64,000 bases of DNA from Marsupella aquatica. Lineage: Eukaryota > Plantae > Marchantiophyta. The notes under the pieces were generated by a model, which was not told where the DNA came from, searched no databases, and worked only from the letters and a program-made list of their open reading frames with translations. The position numbers and the translations under genes are program-made. Positions 38,401-51,359 of the stretch are shown in pieces. The first letter of the stretch is position 1. Each line of letters begins with the position of its first letter. The DNA is taken from contig OZ316892.1 in NCBI GenBank assembly GCA_973895155.1, positions 10,644,283 through 10,708,282 of the forward strand. The letters run 5' to 3'.

Positions 38401-40284
38401 CCAAAGTGGTCGTACAAAAATTATTGTACACAGTGGGAGATTAGTCCCAATCTTCATGACCAAATTTATCAAAAATATGGGAGCAAAATGCATGTAGACA
38501 TTTGGAAGCATATTGTCTTTGATCTTACCACGGAGGCCCGCACGGAGGAGATCTCTTGGGTCCAATGCATAGGGATCATGCACTAATGAAGCTACGTTCA
38601 ATGAAAGATTTGAGTTTGAAATACTTTATGATACCAGATATCTTTTTTGAACGGCATTATGTAGGGCCTTACAGGGACAATCTAAATATATTTTTTAGCA
38701 ATATAATTTTTTGTTAGGGACACCACTACAAAGTTTAGAATTGATGGTCGAAAGAATAAATGCAATAGAGATATGAGTGTGGATCAAGAATGTAAACGGT
38801 TGACCTGCTCAAACCGATTTTGTTTGATGCATTAGTTTTTTAATTTTGTAGAAGTTGCATTTTTGTTTTATTTGTACCCTCCAAGGTTTAATCGGATTAG
38901 AATTGTAAAGTTGTGTTGCAAAATACCATGTTCTGGAAAGGAATAGACAATTTAAATATCAAGACAATACTAAAGAGGTCATGAGTTTCTTGATTTTGAG
39001 CTTTCCAAATGAATCAAACATTGACAAATTTCATCAAGTACTAAGGAGATTGAGTATTTAGTTTTACAATGTGGAGTCAAATGAGTTCTAGCTACGTACA
39101 TTTCTATAGATTAGTTATTTTTTCAAACTTGCAAACAATTAAAAAATAGAAGCATTTTCATGTAAAACACTGATATATCATTGATGAATGGTAACTTTAT
39201 TTTAGTAAATGACGTCTCTTCCTTTGTATTCTGGTTTTTTTACACTTAATACTTATGGCATGGTGCCACAAAAATTACGTTGCTTTTGCCACAAACATGA
39301 CTGTGTGGTTTTGTTACTGTCAAAAATAGGATCTCTCTTGTTTGTGGCTGGTTGTGCTGATGTGGTGCAACCTCATGGCAGGGAATTTGCAAAGGACCTC
39401 TCATGAGGGTCCATAAAAATGGACATTTGGGTCCAAAAAGTGTATATTTGAAGAGAATTGTATGGATATTTTGATCCAAAAAGTGTACTTTAGGGACACA
39501 AATTTTGGATTTTCAATTGTTCACTTTTAATGAATAGTATGATAAGTAAAAAAGCAAAATTAACCCATTTTTCTTCCTTGTATAGGTCTCATACTCATCT
39601 CTATACAAAAATCCAAATTTATTCTCATGCCCCAAAAGATTCACCTTCCAAAGGTGTATTTTCATATTTAGAAAAAGACACATTTGAGGTGATGTCATAT
39701 AAGTATAAGTATCATCTCATGTATTCTATATTTTACCATTAAAATAAGCAAATGATTTGACATACCTGGTCAGTCAATCCAAGAGCGCACAATTGACTTT
39801 TACTTACTCTCGGCAACAAACAAAACAACAAAGCAAACCCACTTCTCCAAATCCAGTGAATTGCACATATATCCTTACAACATTGCTTGTTAACATCGCA
39901 CAAATAGTTTGCCTTTTGAATTGAAGGCACATCAAGTACCACAAATGACAAGAGAGCAATTGACCAGAGACTTACAATGTGCCCATCCTCCTGTTAGGTG
40001 TGCTTGGACTTCAATTGACAAAATGCAAAAACGTCACCATTGGTCTAAGAAACGACTTGTAGACTAACATTTACAGTATCCTGCATACCGTCTACAATTC
40101 TCAGTTCCAAGTGCACAAAAACATCTTTAAAACAATCTGACGGCTCATGTGAGTTCCCTCCATTTGTAAGTAGACGAAAGTCAGAACTTTTTGGCGATAT
40201 TACATATTATAGAAGTGAATATATATACTGCCCCCAAACGACATCCCCAATAGTAGCTTACTACCCTTTATACTCAAATACCTA

Positions 40285-40665
40285 CACTATTCACCATAAT
40301 TAGTGTGACAAACACTAATTTGAGAGCACCCATGTTTAGGGTCTACTCTCAAATTAGTATCAGTCACACTAGTTTTGTGCTAACGCTATTTCTGCGCACA
40401 TGAATTTGTGTTACTGCGGTCTTAAGAGTGAAAAAATTGAGAGAAAAAAACTATTTTGAAAAATCCACAACAATTGGTGTTACTTTGGATTCAAGATCAT
40501 CCATTTTTTACAAGCAATTTAAACTAAAGTGGAAAAAAACTATTATGGATACCGACAAAAATTAGTGTTACTTAGACTTAAAATCATTTTTACCAAATTA
40601 GTGTTAGTAACACTAATTTTGTACTAACACTAATTCTTGCATAACACTAATTGAGATGAACAGTG
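40285..40665. mobile_element. Non-autonomous CACT(A/G)-terminated element with TA duplication and subterminal repeats
   Basis: TIRs CACTATTCACCATAATTAGTGT / ACACTAATTGAGATGAACAGTG, with TA on both sides. Many AATTAGTGTT/AACACTAATT motifs occur in both orientations. Removal restores the host aaatacc-ta-ctacacttt. Confidence 0.75.
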
Positions 40666-40898
40666 TACTACACTTTATACTTAAATGCCTAAGCTTTAAT
40701 AAAAATATAGGTGAAACTTACTATACTGATGATCTAGATAAGCTTTGGCTCCCCGTTGAGGGGCTATTATTGCCCATATGGCCCCCCCAAAATGAGAGCC
40801 CCAATAGGAGCTTATTACCCTTTACACTTAAATATCACTACACTTTACAATGCTTGAGAGAATTTTAGTTTTTCTAACCTAGTACAAATATAGGTGAA

Positions 40899-41326
40899 TC
40901 TTATTATAAAAGTGCCAACTAAAGTCTGTGAAGAGCCTAGGTATAGAGTGAAGCCCCTAGACCATAACAATATTGTCATGAGTATGATCATCATGTGTAT
41001 GTGACAAACTCATATGGATGTGCATACAAAAGAAATATATGCACAGAAAGAAGAATGACATATTATATATGATTATTAAAATGATAGTTTTTTTTATCAT
41101 TTTATTAATTTTCAAAGAATATGGCCATCATGTGCATGTGAAAAGCTCCTATGGATGTGCATACAAAAAGAATGATGCATACGTAAAGGAGAATGATATA
41201 TTATGTATGATTATTAAAATAATGAGTTTTATTATTATTATTTTATTAACTTCAAAGAATATGAATAGAGAATATATTTTGATGACATTTATATTGTAGG
41301 TTCAAAGAATGGGTAGTCAAGGCTAG
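40899..41326 (+). mobile_element. Small non-autonomous Helitron
   Basis: Starts TCTTATTATAAAAG after an A and ends GGCTAG before a T, with no TSD. The host repeat reads through (aggtgaa|tgttactaaagtcatgatctag). Contains an internal ~140-bp duplication; the 3' hairpin is eroded. Confidence 0.6.
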
Positions 41327-41906
41327 TGTTACTAAAGTCATGATCTAGATAGCTTTTGTTCCCGTTTTGAGGGGCTATTATTGCCCATACTGCCCTCCAA
41401 AAGGAGAGCTCCAATAGAAACTTACTACCCTTACACTTATATACGTACCTCAGAGATTTTTAGTTTTTCTTAACTTTAGTACAAGACAAACTTAGTATAG
41501 AGATGATCTAGGGATCCTAGCTCCAATTTTGAAGGGCAATTATTGACCATAATGTCCCCCCAAATGAGAGCTCCAATAGGAGCTAATACACTTTATACAA
41601 TATGCCTGAGAGATTTATAGCCGCTACTTTTAGTAAAAGTAGAGGATAATGTTACTAAAGAGGTGAACCTGATCTGAATAGGGCATTATGCTCCCACAAT
41701 GCCTGAAATATACAGAATATAAAAATCACAAAAGACACTATATGTATGATAGATTATGATTCCAAAGGGGTTTAGGACATAATTCCCAAGGAAGGTAAGC
41801 CCAAGGAAGTTATAGGCACGATAATCTGGAAAGTAACTGCAAATTGTCCCCTTTATCGAGTGATAGTCTTTCAATCACTACATATGGGCCACTAGTGATG
41901 AGGAAA

Positions 41907-42488
41907 TCTTGGAGGGCTGACTATCAAAAATTTTAAGAACCACATGTGATACAAAATATGTATTTTTGATAGAAATCAACTAAAATTTAAAAAATTGTAG
42001 GAGACAAACTCATGTTTATAAAAGATTTTTTAATATATACGTTCTACAAAGTAAAATAGGTTATTAATATTAAAAATAGAGAATAATTTTTTTTATTTTA
42101 TAAAATAGATCTATTTATATTAGGCTAGGATCTCACGTGATACCCCAAAATATACATTTAATGAACCCCCCAAGGAGAAAATTATAGCCCAAGATGAATA
42201 TCCTCATTTATGACTAAGTTTATATTTTGGGGTACCACGTGCAATACTAGCTTAATATAAATAGACCTATTTTATAAAGAAAATATTTCAAAAATATTCT
42301 CCACTTTCAATATTAATAACCTATTTTACTTTATAAAAGGTATATATTTAAAAATATTCTATAAACATGAGTTTATTACATCTTCTTTTGTCTCCCACTC
42401 GTTTTAAAAATTCAGTTAATTTTTATCAAAAATACCTATTTTGGATTGCACGTGGTTCTTAAGATTTTTGATAATCAATCCCCCAAGA
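41907..42488. mobile_element. AT-rich foldback element/MITE with ~250-bp imperfect inverted arms
   Basis: tcttggagggctgactatcaaaaattttaagaaccac... pairs with ...gtggttcttaagatttttgataatcaatcccccaaga. Inner arms pair at cacgtgataccccaaaatata / tatattttggggtaccacgtg. No clear TSD. Confidence 0.8.
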
Positions 42489-44094
42489 GACCAAGCTTTA
42501 AATAGCCCTTAGACTGGCCGGGTATAATCATCTTTAGTGGAGTGAAAGGGGGAGGGGGGTCACTAGGAGAGATATACTAAATGAACCTCCAAACACAACT
42601 TTTTAACATAGTTAACACACCTTGGATCTGATTTACAGGTGAAAACAAAAATTGGTTACTAGCTTTACATGGCCCTTGAGGATTGGCATGGATCTATTTA
42701 TGGGTGGAAAAAATGAGCCATAACTTTGCAGCATGGCCCCCTATGACTCTTGACCAGTACCATTATCCAGTTCAGTGAAAACAATTAAAAGTTGGCCACT
42801 AAATTTGCATGTCCCCTAAAACACATGGGGAAAACTATATATTTTTATACAAACTCTTTTACGAAAAACACTACAGCTCTACAACAATGGTTGTGAATCA
42901 TATAAAATGCTTTGTATGTATGTATATCTTCAAAGAACAAAAAGCCAAACTAGGAAACATGATCCCAAAGGCCAAAAACCCAATAAAGGGGAAAAACAAA
43001 CAAAAAAAACCAGGAAAATTTTGCCAACACTTCTCGTGGGACGGGGTTGGCTTTCCAGTTACAGGTGTCCCGGAGCGTTAGTTACCGTATAGGGTAACCC
43101 ATGTCCGAGAGGGGGAGTGGAATGTAATCCAGGAGAGCGCTGAGCCCAAGGGGGTTACAACACATTGACCCAAAGTGAAATGCGTTGCCAAGCATAAAAC
43201 CTGAGTGCATTTTTGGAATATTCATTACATTTTTACATTGCAAAAGTCTCATATGTTTCTGTGCACATTAGTGTATTTGTCCTTCAAATTTCAGAATCTC
43301 AATTTCAGAATCCCCAGGCCAGGCTGACCAAGGGGATTCCTGGCTTCACCCGGGCTAATGGCTCCTAACCATCTGTAGACATGTAAACAAGAAAATTCAA
43401 GAGTTTACGAGGCCCCCTACTCCCTTCGAGTTGACGTAGGCCCCACAGTGACGTCCAGTCAACTGCCAAACTGACATGTGAATGGTGAATGCAACTTTAA
43501 GTATTTTGTTTTATTCAAACTTCTTTTGTTATGCATTTTTATTTCAATGTGTCTTACCAAGGTGCATCCCTTGTATAGTTTAGATTTCCAATTTATTCTG
43601 GCATCCCTCTAATTGTTTTAAATCTTTGCTATATTTTAAGATCATCCACCTTGTAACAAAGGTGGTTGAATTTCTAGCACACTTTATGTTTTTAAGTACT
43701 ACTCATGGTTTTGTGTCCTAAATTTATGGTTTTAATTATTTTGAGTATCATTATCTAAAGTAAATATATAAATATCTCTATTCATGTACATTATGTGCAC
43801 ATCCCAATACCATAAATTTAAACTGTCCTGTTCATTATTATTTTTCTTTATATGTGTACTTTTATTTTTATACCTTATGTGCACAAGTTTCAATATCATT
43901 GTAAGTCTTCCTAGTCAATGTTCTCTTTATATTTTAATTAGAACATCTGTATATCATTAAAAAACAAAAATGGAAGCATGTTGCATGCTATATGAATGAC
44001 AGATTTGTTGTGAAGACCAAACATTGTACATTAGTGACGGTCACACACAGAGTGGGACCTAAATTGATGGATTGAGCTCGTGAGTTACGTGACC

Positions 44095-46205
44095 ATGATC
44101 CGTAGATCTGCTCAAGAAATTGTGCGGAATGAGCTCCGTGCTCAACAGATATGGAAGGTGTTCCCCACAGGGTTTTTGCTTAGAAGCAACAGCACCCGCA
44201 GTACCAGGAATGGAGATCACCAGCGACGGCTCATCAGCTCCTCGTTTGGGCATGATCACTCCGAACTTGAAGACTTACACCCGGAGCAGGCATTCGGTAA
44301 TTGGACCGCTGTTCCTTGGACTACTCCGCTCTTTTATCTAATCCCTGTCTAGCTAGGTTCTCCCCGTCTGAATTTCGGACCTCTTCTTCTACTTTTGTTT
44401 AAGAATGGCAGACATTTTCCCTCTCGTCACTGTTTCTGTGTGTGTTTGGGATCTAGTTCACGTGTTGGCGCTGGTGGGTTTTAAACACGAATGAATCAAT
44501 TCATCATTCTTATCTGAAACCCTGTCTTCTCTCATCTCAGGATGAAAGTCTTTTCTTGTGGTGACACCATCTGTGTAGTCGGTAGTGGCATAAAAAAATC
44601 TGTCCAATTAGATCCCATCCAGGATACTCGTCCCTCTCCCCCTCTGAATTGCTGATCTCTTCTAATCTGTTCAAAATGCCGTACATTTCCCTCTCATCAC
44701 TCTTTGTGTGTATGTTTGCTATCTAATTCAGGTGTTGGCGCAGGTGGGTTTTAACAACGAATGAATAGTGGGGTCAAAACCTTGGTCCAGTTAGGTCTCA
44801 TCCAATATAATTGTCCTCTCCCCCTCCGAATTGCTGACCTCTACTTCTACTGTTGTTTGCTATCTATTTCACGTGGTGGCGCGGGTGGATTTTAACCACG
44901 AATGAATCAGCTCATCATTCTGGTCTAATGCCCTATCTTCTGTCATCTCCGTGTGAAAGTCTTCTCGTGTGTTTATACACAGTTTGTGTAGTCAGTAGTG
45001 ATGTCAAACAATGACTCGTCCACTGTATTGCTATCTCATTTTGCGCTGTCTCCATCCTTCCAGTCCCATAACTTGTAGTGGATGACATAGAAGGGCAGAT
45101 TTATTCAGAGGTGAATCATCTGGAACTGCATATTTCGTCACCGTTTGAGAAAATTGGTTTGATGATTACAGGCACTGTGAAAAACACGCTTCCGGATGTC
45201 CGCGTTACCTCGCCTGACCTGGAGGGCGTACCTCACTTTCTTTGGAGGAAAGAGCGAATAACTGAGCAATTCGGTATCACTGGCAGGAGAGGTGAGGCCT
45301 GTGAATGATCACGGCTGCTTTATGATTTCTTCGTGTTTGCCTACATCTCCACAGATCCCGTACTTAGTGTACTGGCTCTTCTGGCGGCGGTTTGGAAAGT
45401 CTTGACATTATAACACTACCGCTATGATAGTTTTGGCTACCTTTCTCTCGATATATTATGTAATGTTATGGGTTTTTGTGAATTCATAGATCTCAGGTGG
45501 TGGATTGGGAGCACCCAAAGTTCACCAGTTGTTGGATATCATGGAGCAGAGCGCTCATCTTCTCAGTGGTGCTCGAGTAAGTCTGGAATAAGTCCAGATC
45601 AGAGCAGCGGTCTACCAGAGCATTGGAATAGATGTTTTACCATGCGCCTGCTTTCCACAAAACCCAGGGACGGTGATGAAAATAGCCATAGCAGTTCAGA
45701 GGAAAAAGAGACACAGGCCAAAGGGGATGGACCAGCTCGTCCTAAAAGTATAGATGACTTCCAGCACGAGGAAATAGTGGGGCCAACAGTAGAGAGAGAC
45801 GAATCTGATACAGCCAACCAGCTGCGAGAATCCCTTGGTGAGCTCACAACATTCATGACAAACTTGAGAAACGGGTTTGTGCTTCTGGGCACTGTGCAAC
45901 TGTTGGCGTTGTTGTGGAGTTCAGCCTTCCATGGTGTTGGATTTTTCGTTGGGATTTCACAGGACTTCTCATTGGTCATGTCATTCGTTCTTGCCTATCT
46001 CCTTCGTGTCTTTGGATCTAGGGTGGAGTTCTTCTCCAAGATCGAAGGGCGAAGCCGGATGAGGATCCTAACACTCTCATTGCAGGCAAACAGGATGCTG
46101 AATCTGTTTTTCTTTAGATCCACTTTTGTTGTCAAAGCGGTGGCGTTTTGCTCTGTGATTGCATTACTTGGTGACGTTTGGCACTCTTACTTCACTAATC
46201 TGTAG
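44095..46205 (+). CDS. Uncharacterised plant membrane protein, probably mitochondrion-targeted, ~345 aa; exons 44095-44296, 45172-45291, 45490-46205
   Basis: R/S-rich N-terminus (MIRRSAQ...) and phase-consistent GT-AG junctions (1038 nt total). The long last exon has DDFQHEEIVGPTVERD and three hydrophobic segments. The last exon is more secure than the first two. Confidence 0.65.
44355..45000 (+). repeat. Three diverged ~180-270-bp tandem units in intron 1
   Basis: atcta.ttca.gtg.tggcgc.ggtgg.ttttaa..acgaatgaat at ~44451, ~44722 and ~44862. Confidence 0.8.
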
Positions 46206-47012
46206 TGCAGATTAGTTTAAAGAAAAATCTGTGTGCAATTTGACTGACTGTTCCACGCAAACACGAAGGCTCTCCAATTGGAGACACGATGTGAGCATGC
46301 CCAAATTCTAGGAGTTGAGACGAAAAGCCATGAAGTGCTACCTGCGTTGCAGATTTTAATTTGACCACTGTACATGAGACTTTTCCATGAAATGAAAGGT
46401 CTCTTTCATAAGGGCAATATTGAGTTTAAGTGAGTTGATTGTCATTGGCAGCATTATACTCATCCAGGTAATCCACACAAAGTTGTTGGGAATAGGATTT
46501 ACATCGCAAAATTACAGAGCTCGCAAGCAAAGTTTTAGACAGGAGTTGAAAGCCTGCACCCGACAATTTCTATATGGGAGCAGCTCTGCTGTCTCGTTGA
46601 CCGGGTCTTTACAGAGGTTTGATTATTACGAACGAAGAGAGGTCGATCCCTGGTTCATTTCTTCTGGTTTCTCAAACCTTCGCTCTCAATTCTCCAGTCT
46701 GACTGTAAACAACGAGCCGGAGAAGCAATCGCCCCCATTCTTGCAGCCGTGTGTACTTCCCGAAAAATTCAGAGTCACACCCTGCAGCCATTCAGAAGTG
46801 TACCGGACTAGGAAATTCCTACCCTGTTGCATACAAGAATAGATTTACTGGTGACACTTTGCAGAATGTAGGTCCTTTTTTATTATGCTTGATTACGGCA
46901 CTCATTTTACATCAAAGAGTAACACACCACACCATATTACAAATGATCGGGTCCATCAGTTCACAGTGTCGGCACCAACTATAATGGCATGTGCCCGGTT
47001 CCAGCGTCTCCG

Positions 47013-49444
47013 CTAGGAGCTTGAGTTCTTCTGGGATTTCCTTCTCGGATTGGGCTTAAAAAGTTGCCGCAACCCATCCATAGGAGAAATGTCCCAAGTT
47101 TCTATATGTCTGCCAAAAGTCCAAGCCAACACAACTTAACACAGGTCCACATCCGTATCAAACATGGGGAGAAATATATATATCAGTCTAAGGAAGAGAC
47201 CTAGTAGGTTCAGACGCACGCATTCAATCCTGTTAAGAAGTCATCCCAGACTGACTAACAAGCCCCGTGCCAATAAATCGATAAACGCTACGACCAGTAA
47301 AGCACTGCTCCAATAGTAACATGATTAAGTAAGTTAACTGAATACAGTCAAGTGAAGGCAGTCGGAGCAAAGACATGACAAGTCTAGATTTGAGATGCTT
47401 ACTTATAAATCTTCCCAGAGTCATTGCTGAAAAAATACTCGGTGCTGCCAGAGGCTGAACAGTAAAGGCATGAGGACAAGTCATTCTCCACAACTTCAAC
47501 GCAAGTCTAATGCTGTGCGAAAAAACTCGTTACAGCATGTCGTAATTTACTTTCGTCATAAATGATGCTTGCATTAAAAACCAAGGTTACAAGACAGGAA
47601 CCTAAAACAAACGAAGGAAAACATAGCATTTGGTGTTACCAGCCAAAATTGGTCTCCATGGCAGTGCTAAGACACAGTTAAATCTCCACTTCGCAAATAT
47701 TCGGTCCTGCCAAAGAGCAAACTAAATGTTCCAGACTCATCTATGCACCGAAATACATAAGAAGGTACGAATCTGGAAATGGAGTAAAATAACTGTACTT
47801 ACTGCAACATGTAACGCTAGCAAACATATTAGCCCACTTCAAGCCTCTGGTGAACCACTAACTGAGATGAATCAAATTGAGCGTGCGGTGGCAGAGAATT
47901 TTCATCCAGGATTTCTGTACAGACCTCGAACTCTTGCCAATCCACGAGCTTCAGAGAAGACTCCTCCATGAAGGATCCAAGATTGCCAACATTCTGCTTG
48001 AAGCGCTTCAACCCCTTGAAAGACACGAAGGGATCTGCAAATTCACAGTCTTCTTCGTAGATTCCTGTCGCCATATTACCTGCACAAGGTCGTGGTTATG
48101 AGGAAGGTTTTCTTCCACCTTGTCAGTTCTCCAGCTCTAAATTATTGACCCTAGGCTCTCTTTGACCAAGCAATATCTTTCCACAACGCCTCCTCATCTA
48201 TGCAAGATGAGAAAGGCCCTTGAAACAGGAGCTGCCAGAATCGACAAACTATTAGACGCATGGACGTTCTGTGGAGCATAGATCCATCGTTCTGCTCACT
48301 TTTTAAGGTAAGCTCTCACAGGTCTGTTTACTTTGCCACACTAAATTCGAAGATCGTGCACAGTAATTTACAAGACTTGGCAACCTGAAGGTGATTTAGG
48401 ACTGCAGTGTTCCCTAGGCACTGCTTTTGGGACAGTTACCTTACTAGTGAACGTATGATTTTCCACGGCGGGTATGGGAGACTTTCCTCAGGAGTCCTGG
48501 AAATTACGAACAATTGTACTGTATATGGCCATCCTCCCGCACTGCTTCTTAATTGATTCCGACAAATTCAGAAGCAACAGGGGACAGACGTCACAGGTAA
48601 ACACTATATAATTTGGTCAGAGACTTATGAGGATGTTTTTAATCCCCAGGTGTTTCATAGATTAGTCCCCAGATTTTAAGATTGGTTTCCGAGAACAGTA
48701 GGGAATTCACACCTCTTTTGGCATAGAGACACTAGTAGCAGGTTGAGGAGAATAGTAGAGGGGCGATTTTGACTAGGAAGAATTTGACCCTCAAGGAATA
48801 AAACTTTTGAATACCTTGAACTCTATCATGAAGATTTGGGCTTGTAACAAGATAAATTCAATACTTCGAGAGACAATCCCGGGCGTAAAGTTTCAAAACA
48901 AGAGATTGGTTGAGACAACGGATCCTCTGAAATTCATTACGACAGGTGGAGTGGAGAACCAACCGGTAACGAAGTAGGACCGATCGAGATCTGCTCGAAG
49001 TAGCTCGACTGCATCTTTCCGTTCAATTGGGCCGTCGCTCAAGCTTTCTTCTTCCGCTGTTTCTTCCTTGCTGGGTCGAAATCCGGCCACAGCCTTGCCG
49101 AAAGCTTCTGATCCATACCAAGCCAGCCTCACGAGCACGTTGGTATCCGCAGTTGGAGGAGTCCTCTCATCCGTGCTCTTGCACTCCACCACTCCCCTTC
49201 GCCTAGCCCCTCTGCTCCTTGCACTCCTCCTCCTTGCAGAGTATACAGAGGAGAAACACGAGGACGACGAAGAAGCAGCTGCATTGCTCGACGAGACTGC
49301 TCTAGATTGTTGAAAGAGAGGCGAGAGAAGGGAAGATTTCGAAAATGACAGAGTCGATGTTCTCTGAAGACTCTGTGTAATTTTCTGTGGAGGGCTGCAA
49401 AGACTGGTTGGAGCTGCTGCTACTGCTAACATTAGTGTTGCCAT
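47013..49444 (-). CDS. Plastid-targeted NTF2-like/SnoaL-like DUF2358 family protein, ~283 aa; exons 49444-48964, 48079-47925, 47706-47640, 47454-47403, 47109-47013
   Basis: Ser/Ala/Arg-rich transit peptide, then RSYFVTGNM..IYEEDCEFADPFVSFKGLKRFKQN...KWRFNCVLALPWRPILAASGSTEYFF...KIYKHIETWDI. All introns are GT-AG and the 852 nt stay in frame. Confidence 0.9.
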
Positions 49445-51359
49445 TCCTCTTCCCCCAAACTCTTCCTTCTCTGACCGATCGCAGCTTGCTTCAAACCTCT
49501 GTCGCTTGGTTAGAAATCTCGGTTGGAATCAATTTTTGAGCTCCCACACGCAAATCTGCCTTCTTCTGTACACGGGAGATGCGCCTGCCAAGCACACACA
49601 GACTGCTATTCGTGTTTTTAAATGTGATCTGGGCGAACGACTACTGTACAGGACTTGGTGATCTCCATAGCCACAGCTTCCACTCGTCCACTACAGTAGA
49701 AGGCAGAGGACCACAGGCGAGTGAGAGGCGAGGCTAGTGTTGGCCTCAACCTTAGAGTAAACCGGACTTTCCTGTCTACTCCCAGTCGTTCGGATCAAAA
49801 TATTAAAGTGTAAAACATCTCTGACATTTCTTCTACGTGAGATAGCATTATTCTTGATGCTGCTATAGGACTGACTGTTTTTTTCAAGCCTTGTGTGCAT
49901 GAAGGTCAACGCCCTGTAAACATCTCCACCTTTTCTTCTGTGTGATATACATTAGTAGCCTGATTACCAATTCCTTGTCAGTAAAGAGAGATGAGAGAGA
50001 TGAGGAGAGGAGACCAAACAACCTTGCAGAAAAAAACATTTCCCCTTTATTTCCTGTTAATCGTGTCCACATCACTGTTGTTTGTATTTCAATGTTCAGT
50101 AGCTATTGAAATATGAAATTCAGAGAAACAGAAATAATTATGTACTTATAACAATATGAAAAAAAGGAAACAATCCTCACTTTCAACTTTCAATTATGCC
50201 CTCATTTAGAGTTGCGGTCTAGAGGCTTCGCTCTAGACAGTAGCTCAGGAAGTAACTTTTGATTGCGCTCTAGTTAGATTCTCAAGCCTTAGTGTGTAGT
50301 GTGCATATAGTTCAATGCCTATGTAAACAACTCCCCCTTTTTTCCTCTGCCATAGACATGATTCTTAGACGTGCTTTATTAGTTAGATTCTCAAGCTTTG
50401 AGTGTAGTGTGCATTGAGCTCGTGTAAGGAAGGCCCTGGACATTCTCTCAAATAAAGCCCATCAAAGGCTCTATCTAGTCCAAGGTGCTGCCTATTTTTT
50501 GGGGATGCCAAACTCCTAGAGCACTAAGTTGCTTTCTCAGTTGCTTTAAGCCCAAGATTGATTTTCTGAATTAAGTTCTTGTTTTTTGGAAAAGATAACC
50601 TAGAGGGCAGTTTGCTACTTTTGAACACCCTGAACACACTCCCTAGGGCAGGGCGCTCACCTTAATGCATCAAGGGAGATTGTTCCAAGTAAACTAACGC
50701 TAGAAAATACACTATCAGAAAAGCTGGGGAGTTTAAAATGCACACAGGGAGATCTATTGTTCCAAGTAAATGCTATCCAATATACAATTAGAAAAACTGG
50801 GAAGGACTTTAAGAACCAACTATAAATTTCCACCTTTCTTTTGGAAAAAAATAGAGTTGTTTGACTGTAATGTGGTAAAATTGGGATGAGTTGACTGTTA
50901 TTTAAACACACATCCATATCGAGTTGAGCACTGTCCCTTGCATTGTCTCTCAGTTGAACTACTAGGATTTGAATAGGCTTTGAAACTGCCAGAAGGGCTT
51001 CAAGATGTGCTTCACTCTAAGTGACCTACAATATAGTTGGAGCAGAATGAGACATGAGAAGGAGACAACTTGAGTTCACAACTTTGATATAGTACCTCAG
51101 CCAGAGTTTCATGAGTGAATCTTTGTATGTGCAAGAATTAAGATCACTAGGTGATCGCCCTTCATTTCATTGCATTTCATGTTCATCTATGGGAGACACA
51201 ATCAGCATTGCCAGACTTGTTTTAGTTACGTTACTTCATTTGATGACTATTTGTCTGTGGACCATGTTTGTCTTCAGGTTGGCCTTGGCAAAATAATGTA
51301 TGCAGGTTATTTTCAGCTTGTAGAGGCAGCTGTAGTGGATAGAACCCAGATCCTTTCTT

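Larger units (their letters stand above)
29059..40213 (-). mobile_element. Putative Helitron-bounded composite element (~11.2 kb); no RepHel ORF seen
   Basis: Minus-strand 3' end reads CGTCCAACGCACGTGCATTGGGCTAG|T (hairpin + CTAG at 29059-29062). Candidate 5' end reads TCTATAATATGTAATATCG from 40213. The host repeat stops at aggtgaa (29058) and resumes after 40213. Pairing of the two ends is inferred. Confidence 0.5.
40214..41640 (+). repeat. Right cluster of the ~170-200-bp repeat family seen at 28112-29058, interrupted by two small TEs
   Basis: Same gaggggctattattgcccata..gcccc.caaa..gagagc.ccaatag unit in the same orientation. Confidence 0.8.

Noticed and set aside
34050-39412. GGACCCCC...GGGTCC as TIRs of a 5.4-kb transposon
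   Set aside because: The left motif is internal to the TSD-defined MITE 33994-34274 and the right motif is internal to another MITE family.
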